From a virus (Duplodnaviria > Caudoviricetes): 43,571 nt of DNA. The notes beneath the pieces are model-generated. The model was given only the letters and a program-made list of their open reading frames with translations. It was not told where the DNA came from and made no database searches. Positions 8,372 to 17,151 of the stretch are shown here, one piece after another (the stretch's first letter is position 1; every line of letters begins with the position of its first letter). Position numbers and translations under genes: made by a program. The stretch lies in the IMG/VR virus record IMGVR_UViG_3300033513_000021, positions 1 through 43,571 of that record; one strand, 5' to 3'.

Positions 8372-8825
8372 CCCATCTGGCCTTGGCCGCTATCGTCGCA
8401 ATCCGCTTGCGCCTGCGCCGGCTCAGCAGAATGTTGCGCCGGCCATTCATCATCCGTCCCCAATCCGGCGGAACGTTGAAATACCGCCGTTTCTTGCCCT
8501 TTTTTGTCGCGAGCATTCCACCGCGAGCATGTGCCGGCGAAATCGTGCGCGTGATCCGTCGCAGCCGCTCCAGCGCCTCGCAATCTTCCACTACCAGCAG
8601 CCGCACGCACAGCGCGGCGAGGATCGGCCCCATACTGACCTGGCTTAGTCCACGGATCGGCACCGGCGCCAGCAGCTTGCTCGCATAGCCATCCGGCAGC
8701 GTCTTCATATGCTCGTCGATGGTCTCGAAACTCAGCCGTAGCTCATCCGTCCGAGCTCGCAGCAGCGCGTGCAAATCCCGGTATGTCCGCGCCTCCCCTA
8801 GCAGCCTGCCGCTGAGCGTGGTCAT
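8343..8825 (-). CDS. Hypothetical basic, probably DNA-binding protein
   Basis: GGGAGG RBS before ATG 8825; HTH-like N-half and an Arg-rich C-terminus (RRKRIATIAAKARW). Confidence 0.65.
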   Translation of the reverse strand: MTTLSGRLLGEARTYRDLHALLRARTDELRLSFETIDEHMKTLPDGYASKLLAPVPIRGLSQVSMGPILAALCVRLLVVEDCEALERLRRITRTISPAHARGGMLATKKGKKRRYFNVPPDWGRMMNGRRNILLSRRRRKRIATIAAKARWAKKSSRPTA

Positions 8826-8959
8826 GGCAACCCTCCCAAAAGATACGCCATAAATACGCTTGCGCGTCCATAGGCTTCGCTGCTTCGCACGCGGCATCGG
8901 CCCGCGCAAGAATTTCGGCGAGCTTTGGTCTGAAATCGTAGCCGGGATGATCGACCATC

Positions 8960-9343
8960 TCAGGAATCCACCATTTCCGCGATGGCCTGCGCATCGGTCA
9001 CATGCGGCACATAGCCGGCGCTGAAATGCCCGTCCCGCTCGTCGAGCTGCGCCGGCTCGGTAGCCGCCAGCGAAAGCGCCACCATGCGGCCGATGTCTGT
9101 CAACTTGGCGACCCAAAAATCCCGGTAATGCCGGCGATAAACGATGCTGATGAGATAGCGGTCAAACGCCGCACTGACCGCCCGCGCCTGCACCGTGCGG
9201 CCGCGCGGGCTCGTCCAGCGCCGCAGCCGGCATTCCATGACTTCCTCGGCCAGCAAGATTGCCAGCAGCCGCTTGATTTCCAGGCTGAGCCTGTCCGGGT
9301 AACGAACGATCTTGCGCTCTATTCGTGGTTTGGTCACGGTCAT
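8960..9343 (-). CDS. Hypothetical protein
   Basis: GGAGA RBS before ATG 9343; continues the leftward operon. Confidence 0.55.
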   Translation of the reverse strand: MTVTKPRIERKIVRYPDRLSLEIKRLLAILLAEEVMECRLRRWTSPRGRTVQARAVSAAFDRYLISIVYRRHYRDFWVAKLTDIGRMVALSLAATEPAQLDERDGHFSAGYVPHVTDAQAIAEMVDS

Positions 9344-9824
9344 TCTCTCCCGGTTTTTGGTACGCAAATCGGCAATGGCGCACGCAGTAGGGCGCATCCT
9401 CGAACGGTGCTGCACCGCAAAACATCTGCTCCGCGCCGCAAGCTTCCCCGACCGGCCAGCGGCAGGTCCGGTCCGTGAGCTCGAACAGCAAAACCGCACA
9501 ATCCGAGATTTCCATGGGCAGCTCCGTGATTTCCATGGGCGGCAGGCGGTCAGAGAGCCTCGCCTGTGCGTTAATCCTCCTCGTGGCGGCATGAGGGTCG
9601 TCCGATCCCCGTCTGACGCGCCAGCGTGGCCCTGAAGGCTTTTGGCGTGGGGGAGCCACCGCCCGCTTGTCCAGCCCCATGCGTTTGGATTTTCCGATTG
9701 TGGCATAGCGGGTCAATCCGCCACCGATAGCAGCCGCAATCTCCGCAAACGACAATTGCGGATCGTCCTGCGCATGAAGTCGGCGCAGCTCGTTACAACG
9801 CTCCGGTGTCCAGCCAAAGCTCAT
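9162..9824 (-). CDS. gcrA: GcrA-family transcriptional regulator
   Basis: WTPER..LRRL...SFAEIAAAIGG.LTR.ATIGK..RMGL N-domain and LFELTDRTCRWPVG...FCG...PYC..HCRFAYQ C-domain. Confidence 0.9.
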   Translation of the reverse strand: MSFGWTPERCNELRRLHAQDDPQLSFAEIAAAIGGGLTRYATIGKSKRMGLDKRAVAPPRQKPSGPRWRVRRGSDDPHAATRRINAQARLSDRLPPMEITELPMEISDCAVLLFELTDRTCRWPVGEACGAEQMFCGAAPFEDAPYCVRHCRFAYQKPGENDRDQTTNRAQDRSLPGQAQPGNQAAAGNLAGRGSHGMPAAALDEPARPHGAGAGGQCGV

Positions 9825-10351
9825 TGGCTGCCCCCAAGATAGCCGCCCTTTTCGAAAGCGCCGACCGGCCGCGGCCTAAGACCGTTTTTCTCGCAGTGTG
9901 CAAGAAATTCGCCGTAGGTCATGCCGTTTGTTTTCCGCCGTTGATCCGGCTTTGCCTGCTTTTGCCATCGCTCGCGCTCTCGCAATTGCTCCTCGACACG
10001 GCGCTCGTATTCGACCTCGCGCCGCATTGGCTCCGTTTCCCGCTCGCACCAAGCTATGAGATCGGCAACTGTCGGCAGGAATTTTGATTCCCGGCAGACG
10101 CCGCGAATTGGATCGGCGCACCGCAGCCCCACCGCTCGTGGATAGCTCCCGAGAACGGAGGCAAGGGCGCCAAAATACCCGTCACTAGCGTTCGCTCCGC
10201 CATTCGGATAGGCCGAGATCAATTGTTTGACGATCTTCAACGCCTCCGTCAGCGTCATTCGCTGGTCCAGCGCCACCTGTACGCTCGAAAAGTTCAGCTT
10301 TTTCAATGAGCCGGTCGGCGCGCTCGACAAGGCTTTCCCGATGGGTTCCAT
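9821..10351 (-). CDS. Putative replicative helicase loader/inhibitor (lambda P/G39P-like position)
   Basis: Directly after the initiator gene; SKFLPTVADL motif. Confidence 0.55.
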   Translation of the reverse strand: MEPIGKALSSAPTGSLKKLNFSSVQVALDQRMTLTEALKIVKQLISAYPNGGANASDGYFGALASVLGSYPRAVGLRCADPIRGVCRESKFLPTVADLIAWCERETEPMRREVEYERRVEEQLRERERWQKQAKPDQRRKTNGMTYGEFLAHCEKNGLRPRPVGAFEKGGYLGGSQ

Positions 10352-10820
10352 TTGTCTTCTCCCGAGGTCTGAGGAATCCGTGAAATGTGGCGTCCCAGTC
10401 GGCGCGCATGATCGCCTTCGACTTCGCCCAATTCCGCATGTCGTCGGCCTTCATCAGCATCAGATCGGCCGGCATTCCGATCTTGGCAGCCTTCGCGTAG
10501 TGCGAAGGTTTTGGCTTCCAATCCTCCGACAAAAGCGACTTTCGGGCTCTTTCTTTCTTACTTTCTTGTTGTTTACTTGTTGAATTCTCTAAAGAAGTAG
10601 AAGAAGAAAGAGACACTTTCTTCATTTCGGTGGTTTCGGTGGTTTCCGCGGATTTCGGTGGTCTCCGCAGAATGTATCTTTCCCGATCTTTAGCGCGGCG
10701 GCGCTCCGCCGTGGCATCGATAGCCTTGGGCTGCGCTTGTTCAATGCGCTCTACTGCTGCGACCAGGGATTCTCCCTGGAGCCCCGCTGCGATCAGTTCC
10801 TTAAGAATTGCCGCGATCAT
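10185..10820 (-). CDS. Putative replication initiator protein
   Basis: AERRRAKDRER helix, low-complexity linker with internal repeats, C-terminal LSEDWKP...ADWDATF motif. Confidence 0.65.
   Translation of the reverse strand: MIAAILKELIAAGLQGESLVAAVERIEQAQPKAIDATAERRRAKDRERYILRRPPKSAETTETTEMKKVSLSSSTSLENSTSKQQESKKERARKSLLSEDWKPKPSHYAKAAKIGMPADLMLMKADDMRNWAKSKAIMRADWDATFHGFLRPREKTNGTHRESLVERADRLIEKAELFERTGGAGPANDADGGVEDRQTIDLGLSEWRSER
10545..10671. promoter_or_regulatory. Candidate replication origin (iterons plus AT-rich tract) inside the initiator gene
   Basis: TTTCGGTGGT at 10625, 10634 and 10653 with TCCGC(G/A)GA, next to an AT-rich, strand-biased tract at 10545-10622. Confidence 0.5.
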
Positions 10821-11203
10821 CAATTCGGCTCCCGCGGTCGCAGGATGAGCCGGCAGCCGCGCGGTGCATCGCCCCACTCGACCGTGAGTTTGCGTAGGTA
10901 TCGCGGTGCATCATCGACGACGAGCCCAAGCCGAACAGGAAGGTCGATGAGGCACTTAAGCCCATTGTCCACATCGAGCAGAACTCCCTCGCCTAGGATG
11001 ATCAGAATTTCGTAGTGTCCGAGTATCGGCTTCGGACGCTTGCCTCCACTCCAGTCGAATATTAGAAAATTGTTTGACGTTTTTCGCCATTTTTTGACTT
11101 GAGGGTAGTTGGCCCAGTCGATCTTGCGCGTCCGGTTGACCGACGGTGGCGGCGGCAGGCTCAATTCGATGTCGAGCGGTGCGCCGAATGGCCGGTCGAG
11201 CAT
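10820..11203 (-). CDS. rusA: RusA-like Holliday junction resolvase
   Basis: LPPPPSVN...DVDNGLKCLIDL...VVDD catalytic pattern. Confidence 0.8.
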   Translation of the reverse strand: MLDRPFGAPLDIELSLPPPPSVNRTRKIDWANYPQVKKWRKTSNNFLIFDWSGGKRPKPILGHYEILIILGEGVLLDVDNGLKCLIDLPVRLGLVVDDAPRYLRKLTVEWGDAPRGCRLILRPREPN

Positions 11204-11209
11204 GGTGCG

Positions 11210-11410
11210 TCACGCGCCGTTGCGCGGCGGCAGCCGCTCTAGCTCATTGAATCTGCGCTCGAAATCGGCTTGGAAAACAGGATGACTAAGCGGCCGACCG
11301 TTCTCTAACCTCGATATAGTGGCTTGGTTCAGATCGAAAAGCTTAGCAAATTCAGCCTGGTTGAGGCCGAGCCGATCGCGCAAAGTCACAATTTGTCGTG
11401 CGGTGATCAT
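11210..11410 (-). CDS. XRE/Cro-like HTH regulator
   Basis: LRDRLGLNQAEFAKLFDLNQATISRLENG; first gene of the leftward replication operon. Confidence 0.85.
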   Translation of the reverse strand: MITARQIVTLRDRLGLNQAEFAKLFDLNQATISRLENGRPLSHPVFQADFERRFNELERLPPRNGA

Positions 11411-11497
11411 GTTCCCAAGCTTATGCCGACTGTATTATTTTTGTCAACTACGAATTTTGCCCTTGCTTTCCTGTAAATGTTGTGGGCATAATTTCGT
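11411..11497. promoter_or_regulatory. Divergent promoter/operator region
   Basis: Minus strand TTGACA..GCATAAG; plus strand TTGCTT..CATAAT; imperfect inverted repeat TACGAATTTTGCCC / GGGCATAATTTCGTA. Confidence 0.55.
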
Positions 11498-11734
11498 ATG
11501 ACCACCATCGTCCATAAACAGGCTGATCCGCACCGCCCCAGCCGCACGACCTACCATATCAGTGCCAGCACGCGCGATGAAGTGCAGCGCAAGATCGACG
11601 AGTTGCAGAACGGCGAGGAAGTGATCGCCAGCGAGTTCACCCGGCCACAGCGGGCGTTCGGCGAGCCGTGCCCGTGGAAGTCGCTCGGTTACACGGTTGA
11701 GCATAGGCTTGAGATGGAGCCAAACAATGCTTGA
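11498..11734 (+). CDS. Hypothetical protein
   Basis: First ORF of the rightward recombination operon; probably leaderless. Confidence 0.55.
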   Translation: MTTIVHKQADPHRPSRTTYHISASTRDEVQRKIDELQNGEEVIASEFTRPQRAFGEPCPWKSLGYTVEHRLEMEPNNA

Positions 11735-11999
11735 TCGAATGGGAAAGCTACGGGATTTTCTAGGTTATTGGCTGATCGTAATCATGCCTCCGCATCCGGT
11801 TTACTCGTGGCTTTTGCGGGCCGCACTGCCGTTCGCTAGTGATTACGCTTATGCCGCTGACGTCGCCAACATGGAACCCGAGCCTTATTGGCGCGCTGCG
11901 GCCTTGTACGACCATGTTTGCCCTGGCGGAGACGGATGGGCGCGTGATTGCATTGCTCGCGGTGATTGCGGTTGCTCGAATAAGGACAAAGCAAAGTGA
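11727..11999 (+). CDS. Hypothetical protein with Cys-rich C-terminus
   Basis: GGAG RBS before ATG 11727; overlaps neighbours at both ends. Confidence 0.5.
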   Translation: MLDRMGKLRDFLGYWLIVIMPPHPVYSWLLRAALPFASDYAYAADVANMEPEPYWRAAALYDHVCPGGDGWARDCIARGDCGCSNKDKAK

Positions 12000-12487
12000 A
12001 AAACCCAGACATCATCAAAGCCGAGATCACCAAGCTGATCGCCCTCTGTCCGGAACTAGAGGAGGACGAGGCTCTGCGGCATGACATGATCGAGGCCGAG
12101 ACAGAAACCTTCGGATTCCTGTCATCGCTGCTGCGAACGATCGGTGCGGCTGAGGCAACGGTCGAAGGCACCAGCGCCTATATCGCCGACCTCCATGTGC
12201 GCGTTGATCGCCTGGAACGGCGCCGTGAAAGCCTGCGTCGGCTGATCATGAAGATCATGGAAACCGCGGAACTGAAAAAGATCGAGCTGGCGGAGGCGAC
12301 GATATTCGTCCGTGCCGGTACGCCGAAGGTTGTTGTCGTCAATGAGCGTGAAGTGCCCGACGAATTCATGCGGATCAAGAAAGAGCCGGACAAATCGTTG
12401 ATCAAGGCCGCACTTTCGGCGCATGAGAACGTGCCCGGTGCCATGCTTTCCAACGCCGAACCCGTCCTGAACATCAAGAAAAGGTAG
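11996..12487 (+). CDS. Siphovirus Gp157-family (Gam-like) protein
   Basis: Coiled coil followed by VPDEFMRIKKEPDKSLIKAAL...VPGAML. Confidence 0.85.
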   Translation: MKNPDIIKAEITKLIALCPELEEDEALRHDMIEAETETFGFLSSLLRTIGAAEATVEGTSAYIADLHVRVDRLERRRESLRRLIMKIMETAELKKIELAEATIFVRAGTPKVVVVNEREVPDEFMRIKKEPDKSLIKAALSAHENVPGAMLSNAEPVLNIKKR

Positions 12488-12492
12488 ATGCT

Positions 12493-12930
12493 ATGAAAAT
12501 CTCCAATGCTTTCCCGTCAAAGTATCTCCGGGCCGCCGATCTCAACGAGCAGCCGATGCTGTTCACCATGTCGGAAGTGCGCATGGAAGACATCGGCGAC
12601 AGCGACAAAAAGCCGGTGCTGCATTTCCTGCGCAGCGAGAAAGGACTGGTGCTCAACAAGACCAATTCGAAGATCATCGGGCAACTTTACGGCGACGATA
12701 CCGACAATTGGGAAGGGCAGCCGATCGTGCTATATCCGGCCATGGTCGACTTCCGCGGCGATACGGTCGAGGCAATCCGGGTCCGGGCACCCAAGCGCCA
12801 GGCGCCGGCAGTACGGGCCGTCCAGGAAGCCCAGCAGACGCAGCCTGCGCCCGTGCGTAGCGCCGCCAAGCATCAGCACGACGAAGCCAATCCGCCGCCG
12901 GCTGAGCTTGACGACGAAATCCCGTTCTAG
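12493..12930 (+). CDS. Single-stranded DNA-binding protein (phage type)
   Basis: FPSKYLRAADL...LVLNKTN core and acidic C-terminal tip LDDEIPF. Confidence 0.75.
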   Translation: MKISNAFPSKYLRAADLNEQPMLFTMSEVRMEDIGDSDKKPVLHFLRSEKGLVLNKTNSKIIGQLYGDDTDNWEGQPIVLYPAMVDFRGDTVEAIRVRAPKRQAPAVRAVQEAQQTQPAPVRSAAKHQHDEANPPPAELDDEIPF

Positions 12931-12939
12931 GGCGTCCGA

Positions 12940-13812
12940 ATGACTATTTTCGCTGAAATCATCCAGCAATTTATGGAAGGCCCGCACTTCCGCAGTAAGG
13001 CACCGGCGACGCAGGAATCCTGGCGCCGCGTGCTGGCCTGTGCCGAGCGCAGCATCCTCGGCTCCTGCCCGTCCCGCACGCTCAAGCCGTCGATAGTCCA
13101 GGCATTTCTAGACGGTCTCGCTGATAAGCCGGGCAAACAGTTGAACGCGCGGACTGCGCTGAAAGCAGTGGAGAAGTTCGCCGTTGTGCGGGATCTGGTA
13201 CCCTACCCCTTTATGACCGGAACGACTTGCATCGGCACGGATGGCGGCCATGAGCCATGGACGTTCGAGCATGTCACGATCGCCGAGCTCCATGCCCGCG
13301 CTGACCTGGCGCGCGTCGTCACCCTCGCTGTCGAGACAGGCCAGCGCGGCTCGGACATTGTGCGCATGGGGCCGACCGATCTAGAGGAAAAGCAAGACCC
13401 GGCGACGGGCGCGCGGCGCCTCGGCATCAACGTGATCCAAAAGAAAACGGGCGTCCGCTTATGGGTGCCCGCCACGTCGCGGCTGCAAGAGGCCATGAAC
13501 GGATGGGAACGGCGGCCGGGTCCGTTCGTGCTGAAACCCGACGGCAGGCCCTACAGCCGCGAGCTGCTATCCTGGCATTGGAACCGCGAGCGCGATCACA
13601 ACGCGGAGCTCGCGCCGCTCAAAGACACCAAGCTGGTGCTGCATGGTCTGCGCGCAACGGCGGTTGTCCGCGCTCGCCTCGCCGGCGCAAACCATCTGGA
13701 GATTTCCAGCACCATCGGCATGAGCCTGCCCATGGTCATGCGCTATTCGAGGTTTGCCGACCAGACGCAGATGGCACTGGCGGTAGCGCTTAAATTGGAT
13801 CGGGCGGCGTAA
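12940..13812 (+). CDS. Tyrosine recombinase/integrase (no N-terminal arm-binding extension)
   Basis: ETGQRGSD (R), QKKTG (K), HGLRATA (HxxR), MVMRY (Y). Confidence 0.92.
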   Translation: MTIFAEIIQQFMEGPHFRSKAPATQESWRRVLACAERSILGSCPSRTLKPSIVQAFLDGLADKPGKQLNARTALKAVEKFAVVRDLVPYPFMTGTTCIGTDGGHEPWTFEHVTIAELHARADLARVVTLAVETGQRGSDIVRMGPTDLEEKQDPATGARRLGINVIQKKTGVRLWVPATSRLQEAMNGWERRPGPFVLKPDGRPYSRELLSWHWNRERDHNAELAPLKDTKLVLHGLRATAVVRARLAGANHLEISSTIGMSLPMVMRYSRFADQTQMALAVALKLDRAA

Positions 13813-13840
13813 TAACCGCTCCTAATGTGTCATCGGGTAA

Positions 13841-13895
13841 TGGCCCCTTTTCAAAATCTTGAAATTTTATTGCGCGGCCCCGGGAAAAGGGGCCA
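13841..13895. repeat. 12-bp perfect inverted repeat downstream of the recombinase (terminator or recombination-site candidate)
   Basis: TGGCCCCTTTTC (13841-13852) and GAAAAGGGGCCA (13884-13895). Confidence 0.6.
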
Positions 13896-14184
13896 CTGCT
13901 TTTCCGTTGTTATTCGCTTCGGGGGTCCTGGTCGAAATAGGCCATCGGAAAACACAAATCAGGCCACTTGTTCTGGCGCGGTCCTTATTGTGAGATGCTT
14001 CTCATGGGGACCGGAACCCCCTGGTGGGTCAATTTATTGCTCGCAGCTTGGGGATAGCTAATGGCCTCTCCCTGGGTGCTAATTGTTGCGGGAGTATGTA
14101 TTGGCGCCACGCTGATAGGGGTCGGAGCCTATAATCTAGGTAAGCGCAACGGTGAAAAACCGTCTGACGGCGACAGTAAAGCCA

Positions 14185-14391
14185 TTAATTCAATTCAAGC
14201 TCAACGCGATCCGTGCGGATGCCCACCATCATGCGGTCATGCAATTCGGAGCAGCCACGGCCCACGCGCAGGGCGATGCGGGCCACTGTTTTGCGGTCGG
14301 TGCCAGTGAGGCGAGCAACGGCGCGCTGGCCGACGCCTTCACACAGCGCAGAGATGATGGCGATTTGCGTAGCTTTATCCAAGATGTTCAT
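14185..14391 (-). pseudogene. Truncated IS1-family transposase, N-terminal HTH fragment
   Basis: IISALCEGVGQRAVARLTG.DRKTV...GRGC..LHDRMM....RVEL matches the N-terminus of IS1-type DDE transposases, but stops where the first catalytic (E)LDE motif should be. Confidence 0.7.
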
Positions 14392-14507
14392 GGCGGCTTA
14401 CCCCGTCACGTTGCGGGGCAGGCCGGCCTGAACGCTGGAAATATGGCGGGAAATCCGCTATATGGTGCGTCGTGGTCATGGCCGTGTAGAAACAAGGAGT
14501 TCGTGAA

Positions 14508-14771
14508 ATGCCAAAACTCGCATTAATCCGAGGATTTGGGGATGAGCCGCTTTGTAGGGCGGTTTCCAGTCTCGGAAAAGGAGTGGTTTTCGTCAGTTCA
14601 TTGAGGTCGAAAGACGCTATAAATCAATGGTTTCCACCACCTATTGGGGTGCCGTTAGATGATATCTTTGCCTATGATGAACAGATATTTGAGCGGCTGC
14701 AAAAACGGTGGAAAGGCAGTGAAAAAATTGGACCAACTGAATGGGGGAAGCCTTTTGATCCGAGCCAATGA
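14508..14771 (+). CDS. Hypothetical protein (low GC, probable IS passenger)
   Basis: AAGGAG RBS; AT-rich codon usage. Confidence 0.6.
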   Translation: MPKLALIRGFGDEPLCRAVSSLGKGVVFVSSLRSKDAINQWFPPPIGVPLDDIFAYDEQIFERLQKRWKGSEKIGPTEWGKPFDPSQ

Positions 14772-14773
14772 AA

Positions 14774-14797
14774 GAGGCCGCTAACTGAGGCGGCCTC
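14774..14797. repeat. REP-like palindrome GAGGCCGC-TAACTGAG-GCGGCCTC
   Basis: Perfect 8-bp stem right after a stop codon; resembles a short palindromic repeat I recall from Bradyrhizobium-type genomes (unverified). Confidence 0.5.
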
Positions 14798-14870
14798 ACA
14801 GATTATCGCATGACGGCATAATGCTATTTGGCAACGGTGCCGTGACCATCGCAAGTGCGGCATTCAATTC

Positions 14871-15152
14871 AGCCAACGCGGTATGGGAGAGTCGCTCGGA
14901 ATGTCGGGCGGGAGAGCCTTTCCCCGATTTTTAGCGAGCAAAGCAATTGCTGAATCCCTCGGTGCTGGACTAAAGGAAAAATTGGAAAATCCCCTTAAGT
15001 TTCAAATAGAGCTACGCGGTGCTGGACAGCCCCCGCCAAGCGTGTCTTTCGGCTTTGATGTGACGCTGCTGATAGATATCTGCAACGCGATCATTGCGGC
15101 AGAATCGGCGGGAAAGCTGACCAAGCAATACGCGCGGATCGCGAGGCAGGCT
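14871..15152 (+). pseudogene. Internal fragment of a P63C-domain phage protein
   Basis: SQRGMGESLG...LENPLKF...GFDVTLLIDICNAII.A...GKL.....IARQA; truncated at both ends. Confidence 0.6.
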
Positions 15153-15174
15153 CCTGCATGTTTAGTCCGTTGCG

Positions 15175-15206
15175 AACGAAAAGCCGCCCCCGTTGCCGAG
15201 AGCGGC
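15175..15206 (-). terminator. Rho-independent terminator
   Basis: Minus strand GCCGCTCTCG-GCAA-CGGGGGCGGC-TTTTCGTT just after the stop at 15214. Confidence 0.8.
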
Positions 15207-15213
15207 GTTGTTG

Positions 15214-15597
15214 TTAGGCTACTTTCTTTTCCTTGGTCGTCAGCTTGTCGATCACTTCTTCCCATGAGTCGCCCTCGGCTTTCACCAGGAAGAACATTCC
15301 CTCAGACGTGCCGACAGTGATCTTGCGATGGCGCGTGATCGAGCCAAGCTCATCGACTCGCTTCCGTGCCACCGTGCGAGCTGCCTTCAGGGCTTGATAC
15401 TCGCTATCGGCTTCAAGGAACCTCCTGAGGCGAACCTCTGTCTTTTCGTCAAGCTCTTTGCGCTCTGCGATGGCCGCTGGTAGTGCGGCTTGAGCGGCCT
15501 CACGTTCTTCGCGGGACGGCGCGCGAGTATCAACGCGATACCCTAGCTTTTTGCCGAGCAGGCGACCGAGCGTCTTGAGCGCAACTGCGCGTTCCAT
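15214..15597 (-). CDS. Hypothetical coiled-coil protein
   Basis: GGAG RBS; followed by a terminator. Confidence 0.7.
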   Translation of the reverse strand: MERAVALKTLGRLLGKKLGYRVDTRAPSREEREAAQAALPAAIAERKELDEKTEVRLRRFLEADSEYQALKAARTVARKRVDELGSITRHRKITVGTSEGMFFLVKAEGDSWEEVIDKLTTKEKKVA

Positions 15598-15853
15598 GTT
15601 CATCTCCATAATGTCAAACAGCCCGTCGCGTTGGATTTCCAACCGACGAGAGCATTGTAGCAGGCGGGGTCCGTGCTTTTTTGAATTTGTGCCGATGCAC
15701 TCACACCACATAAGGACAACTTGCGCGTTTTTGCCGACTTGACTTTAGGCTCGACGGGCACAAGTCGCGCGTTTTTGTGCGAGGTCGTTTCAAGATGTCC
15801 GCTGTTCATCGGCATTGGCACGCGCAAAAATAATTTTTCTGCCTCCTAAAGTT

Positions 15854-16105
15854 TCAACGTGAAGCAGCACGGCGCGCTTTCAAACGCCGCCGGCTGAATT
15901 GATTGATTTCTGACGGCTTGATGATCTTGCAATGTGCAATGATCGCCTCACAATCGGGGCAGCGGATCAAGTCGCGCGTGATTTCCATCTGTTCGTCGCC
16001 ACGCTCGCCTTCTAACGCGCGGCCACAGAGAGTGAACTCGCCGCTGGCAATGGCGCCCTCACAGTGGACCACGCTCTTGTCGTTTGGCTCGCGCCAATGT
16101 TTCAC
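15854..16105 (-). CDS. Small Zn-binding hypothetical protein
   Basis: VH...TLCG...CPDC pattern; AGGAG RBS. Confidence 0.6.
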   Translation of the reverse strand: MKHWREPNDKSVVHCEGAIASGEFTLCGRALEGERGDEQMEITRDLIRCPDCEAIIAHCKIIKPSEINQFSRRRLKARRAASR

Positions 16106-16117
16106 AGCAGCGCTCCT

Positions 16118-16357
16118 TTAATACGAGTCTGCGGATGCGCATCGTTCGGCTGGAGTTCCCCACCTAGCCGCACAGTCGGCACGTATCTGCTCTGCGTCTT
16201 CGTTCTCGCCATAGTCGCAATCGCCGCATCGACGGCATACATTGACGGGAACCGAGCATGCGCATCCATCATAGCACCCGGCGTTGCATCCACCGATGCT
16301 GTGCCAATCGTGGCCTGCCTCGCAGCCGGTAAAAAGCCAATCGCGCTTATGGTCCAC
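16118..16357 (-). CDS. Small Cys-rich hypothetical protein
   Basis: C..GHDW...C...C.CSVPV..C..C..CD; GAGG RBS. Confidence 0.6.
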   Translation of the reverse strand: MDHKRDWLFTGCEAGHDWHSIGGCNAGCYDGCACSVPVNVCRRCGDCDYGENEDAEQIRADCAARWGTPAERCASADSY

Positions 16358-16366
16358 GCCCGTCCT

Positions 16367-16906
16367 CTATTTCTTTAACTGCCACTCTCCACACCATTGA
16401 TTATCCCATGTCGATGGCCAATCACCCATTTCCATATCATTTTCATTGTCTTCAAATTTTTGAATTGGTGGATACCTGCGGCATTCCCCCCAAGCTCGAT
16501 TTGTGTCATCGACGAGCAAATCTAACTTGATCCAAAATCGGCAGGTCTGACAACTATTGCAATCCTGCATTGATGATTTGTTCAAATTCCTGTGCGTCCC
16601 TATTTTACGCCGAGCGTTCCTTGCAGCCCTCAAATCGCTTAGCAAAAATTCAGTGTTTGATTCTAGGTCATCTTCCCATTCGTCCGGCCATGCGTCACAA
16701 TCTTCCGCAAATGGCACTAAGGCAGAATCCAGTGTTTTGATGCACTCTATAGTTTGCCGCAGCAACGCGGCATCACCGCTGCCGCTGTCTAGCCGCTCAA
16801 GATGAGAGGCAAGTTTATCAAGCCTATCAATTAAAGTGGCGGCGCGGAGGGGGCTGTCAGTCTCCCTCGCCAGTTCCCCGGATGTCGTTTCATCCAGCCG
16901 CGCCAT
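16367..16906 (-). CDS. Hypothetical protein with C-terminal CxxC...GECRRYPP...WCGEW domain
   Basis: Four-Cys motif common in phage hypothetical proteins; low GC. Confidence 0.65.
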   Translation of the reverse strand: MARLDETTSGELARETDSPLRAATLIDRLDKLASHLERLDSGSGDAALLRQTIECIKTLDSALVPFAEDCDAWPDEWEDDLESNTEFLLSDLRAARNARRKIGTHRNLNKSSMQDCNSCQTCRFWIKLDLLVDDTNRAWGECRRYPPIQKFEDNENDMEMGDWPSTWDNQWCGEWQLKK

Positions 16907-17151
16907 AATCATTCCTGCCTTTGTCACCGGCGTGGCGTGAACGCACGCCACACGGCTTTAGATATTTCCGTAATGCGTTTGTGGTTCTTTGCCTGAATCG
17001 CACAATCCTGCTGCTCAACAGGAACTAAGATTGGGTAAATGGCGTCGGTTAATTTCTTGACCATCTCTGCTTCGATTTCTTCATCGTGAGCGTAGGCATT
17101 CCATCTCTGCTGCTTCTTTTTCCTGCCGGGCTCCGCGCATAAAATTCTCCT

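Noticed and set aside
14003-14035. Possible tRNA 3'-end/attP (minus strand ...GACCCACCA)
   Set aside because: No T-arm GTTCGA motif or cloverleaf; too short to support.
16924-17140. Possible frameshifted gene (strong RBS and ATG give only 19 aa; a longer +1 frame follows)
   Set aside because: No recognisable homology or slippery site; cannot distinguish decay, sequencing error or chance.
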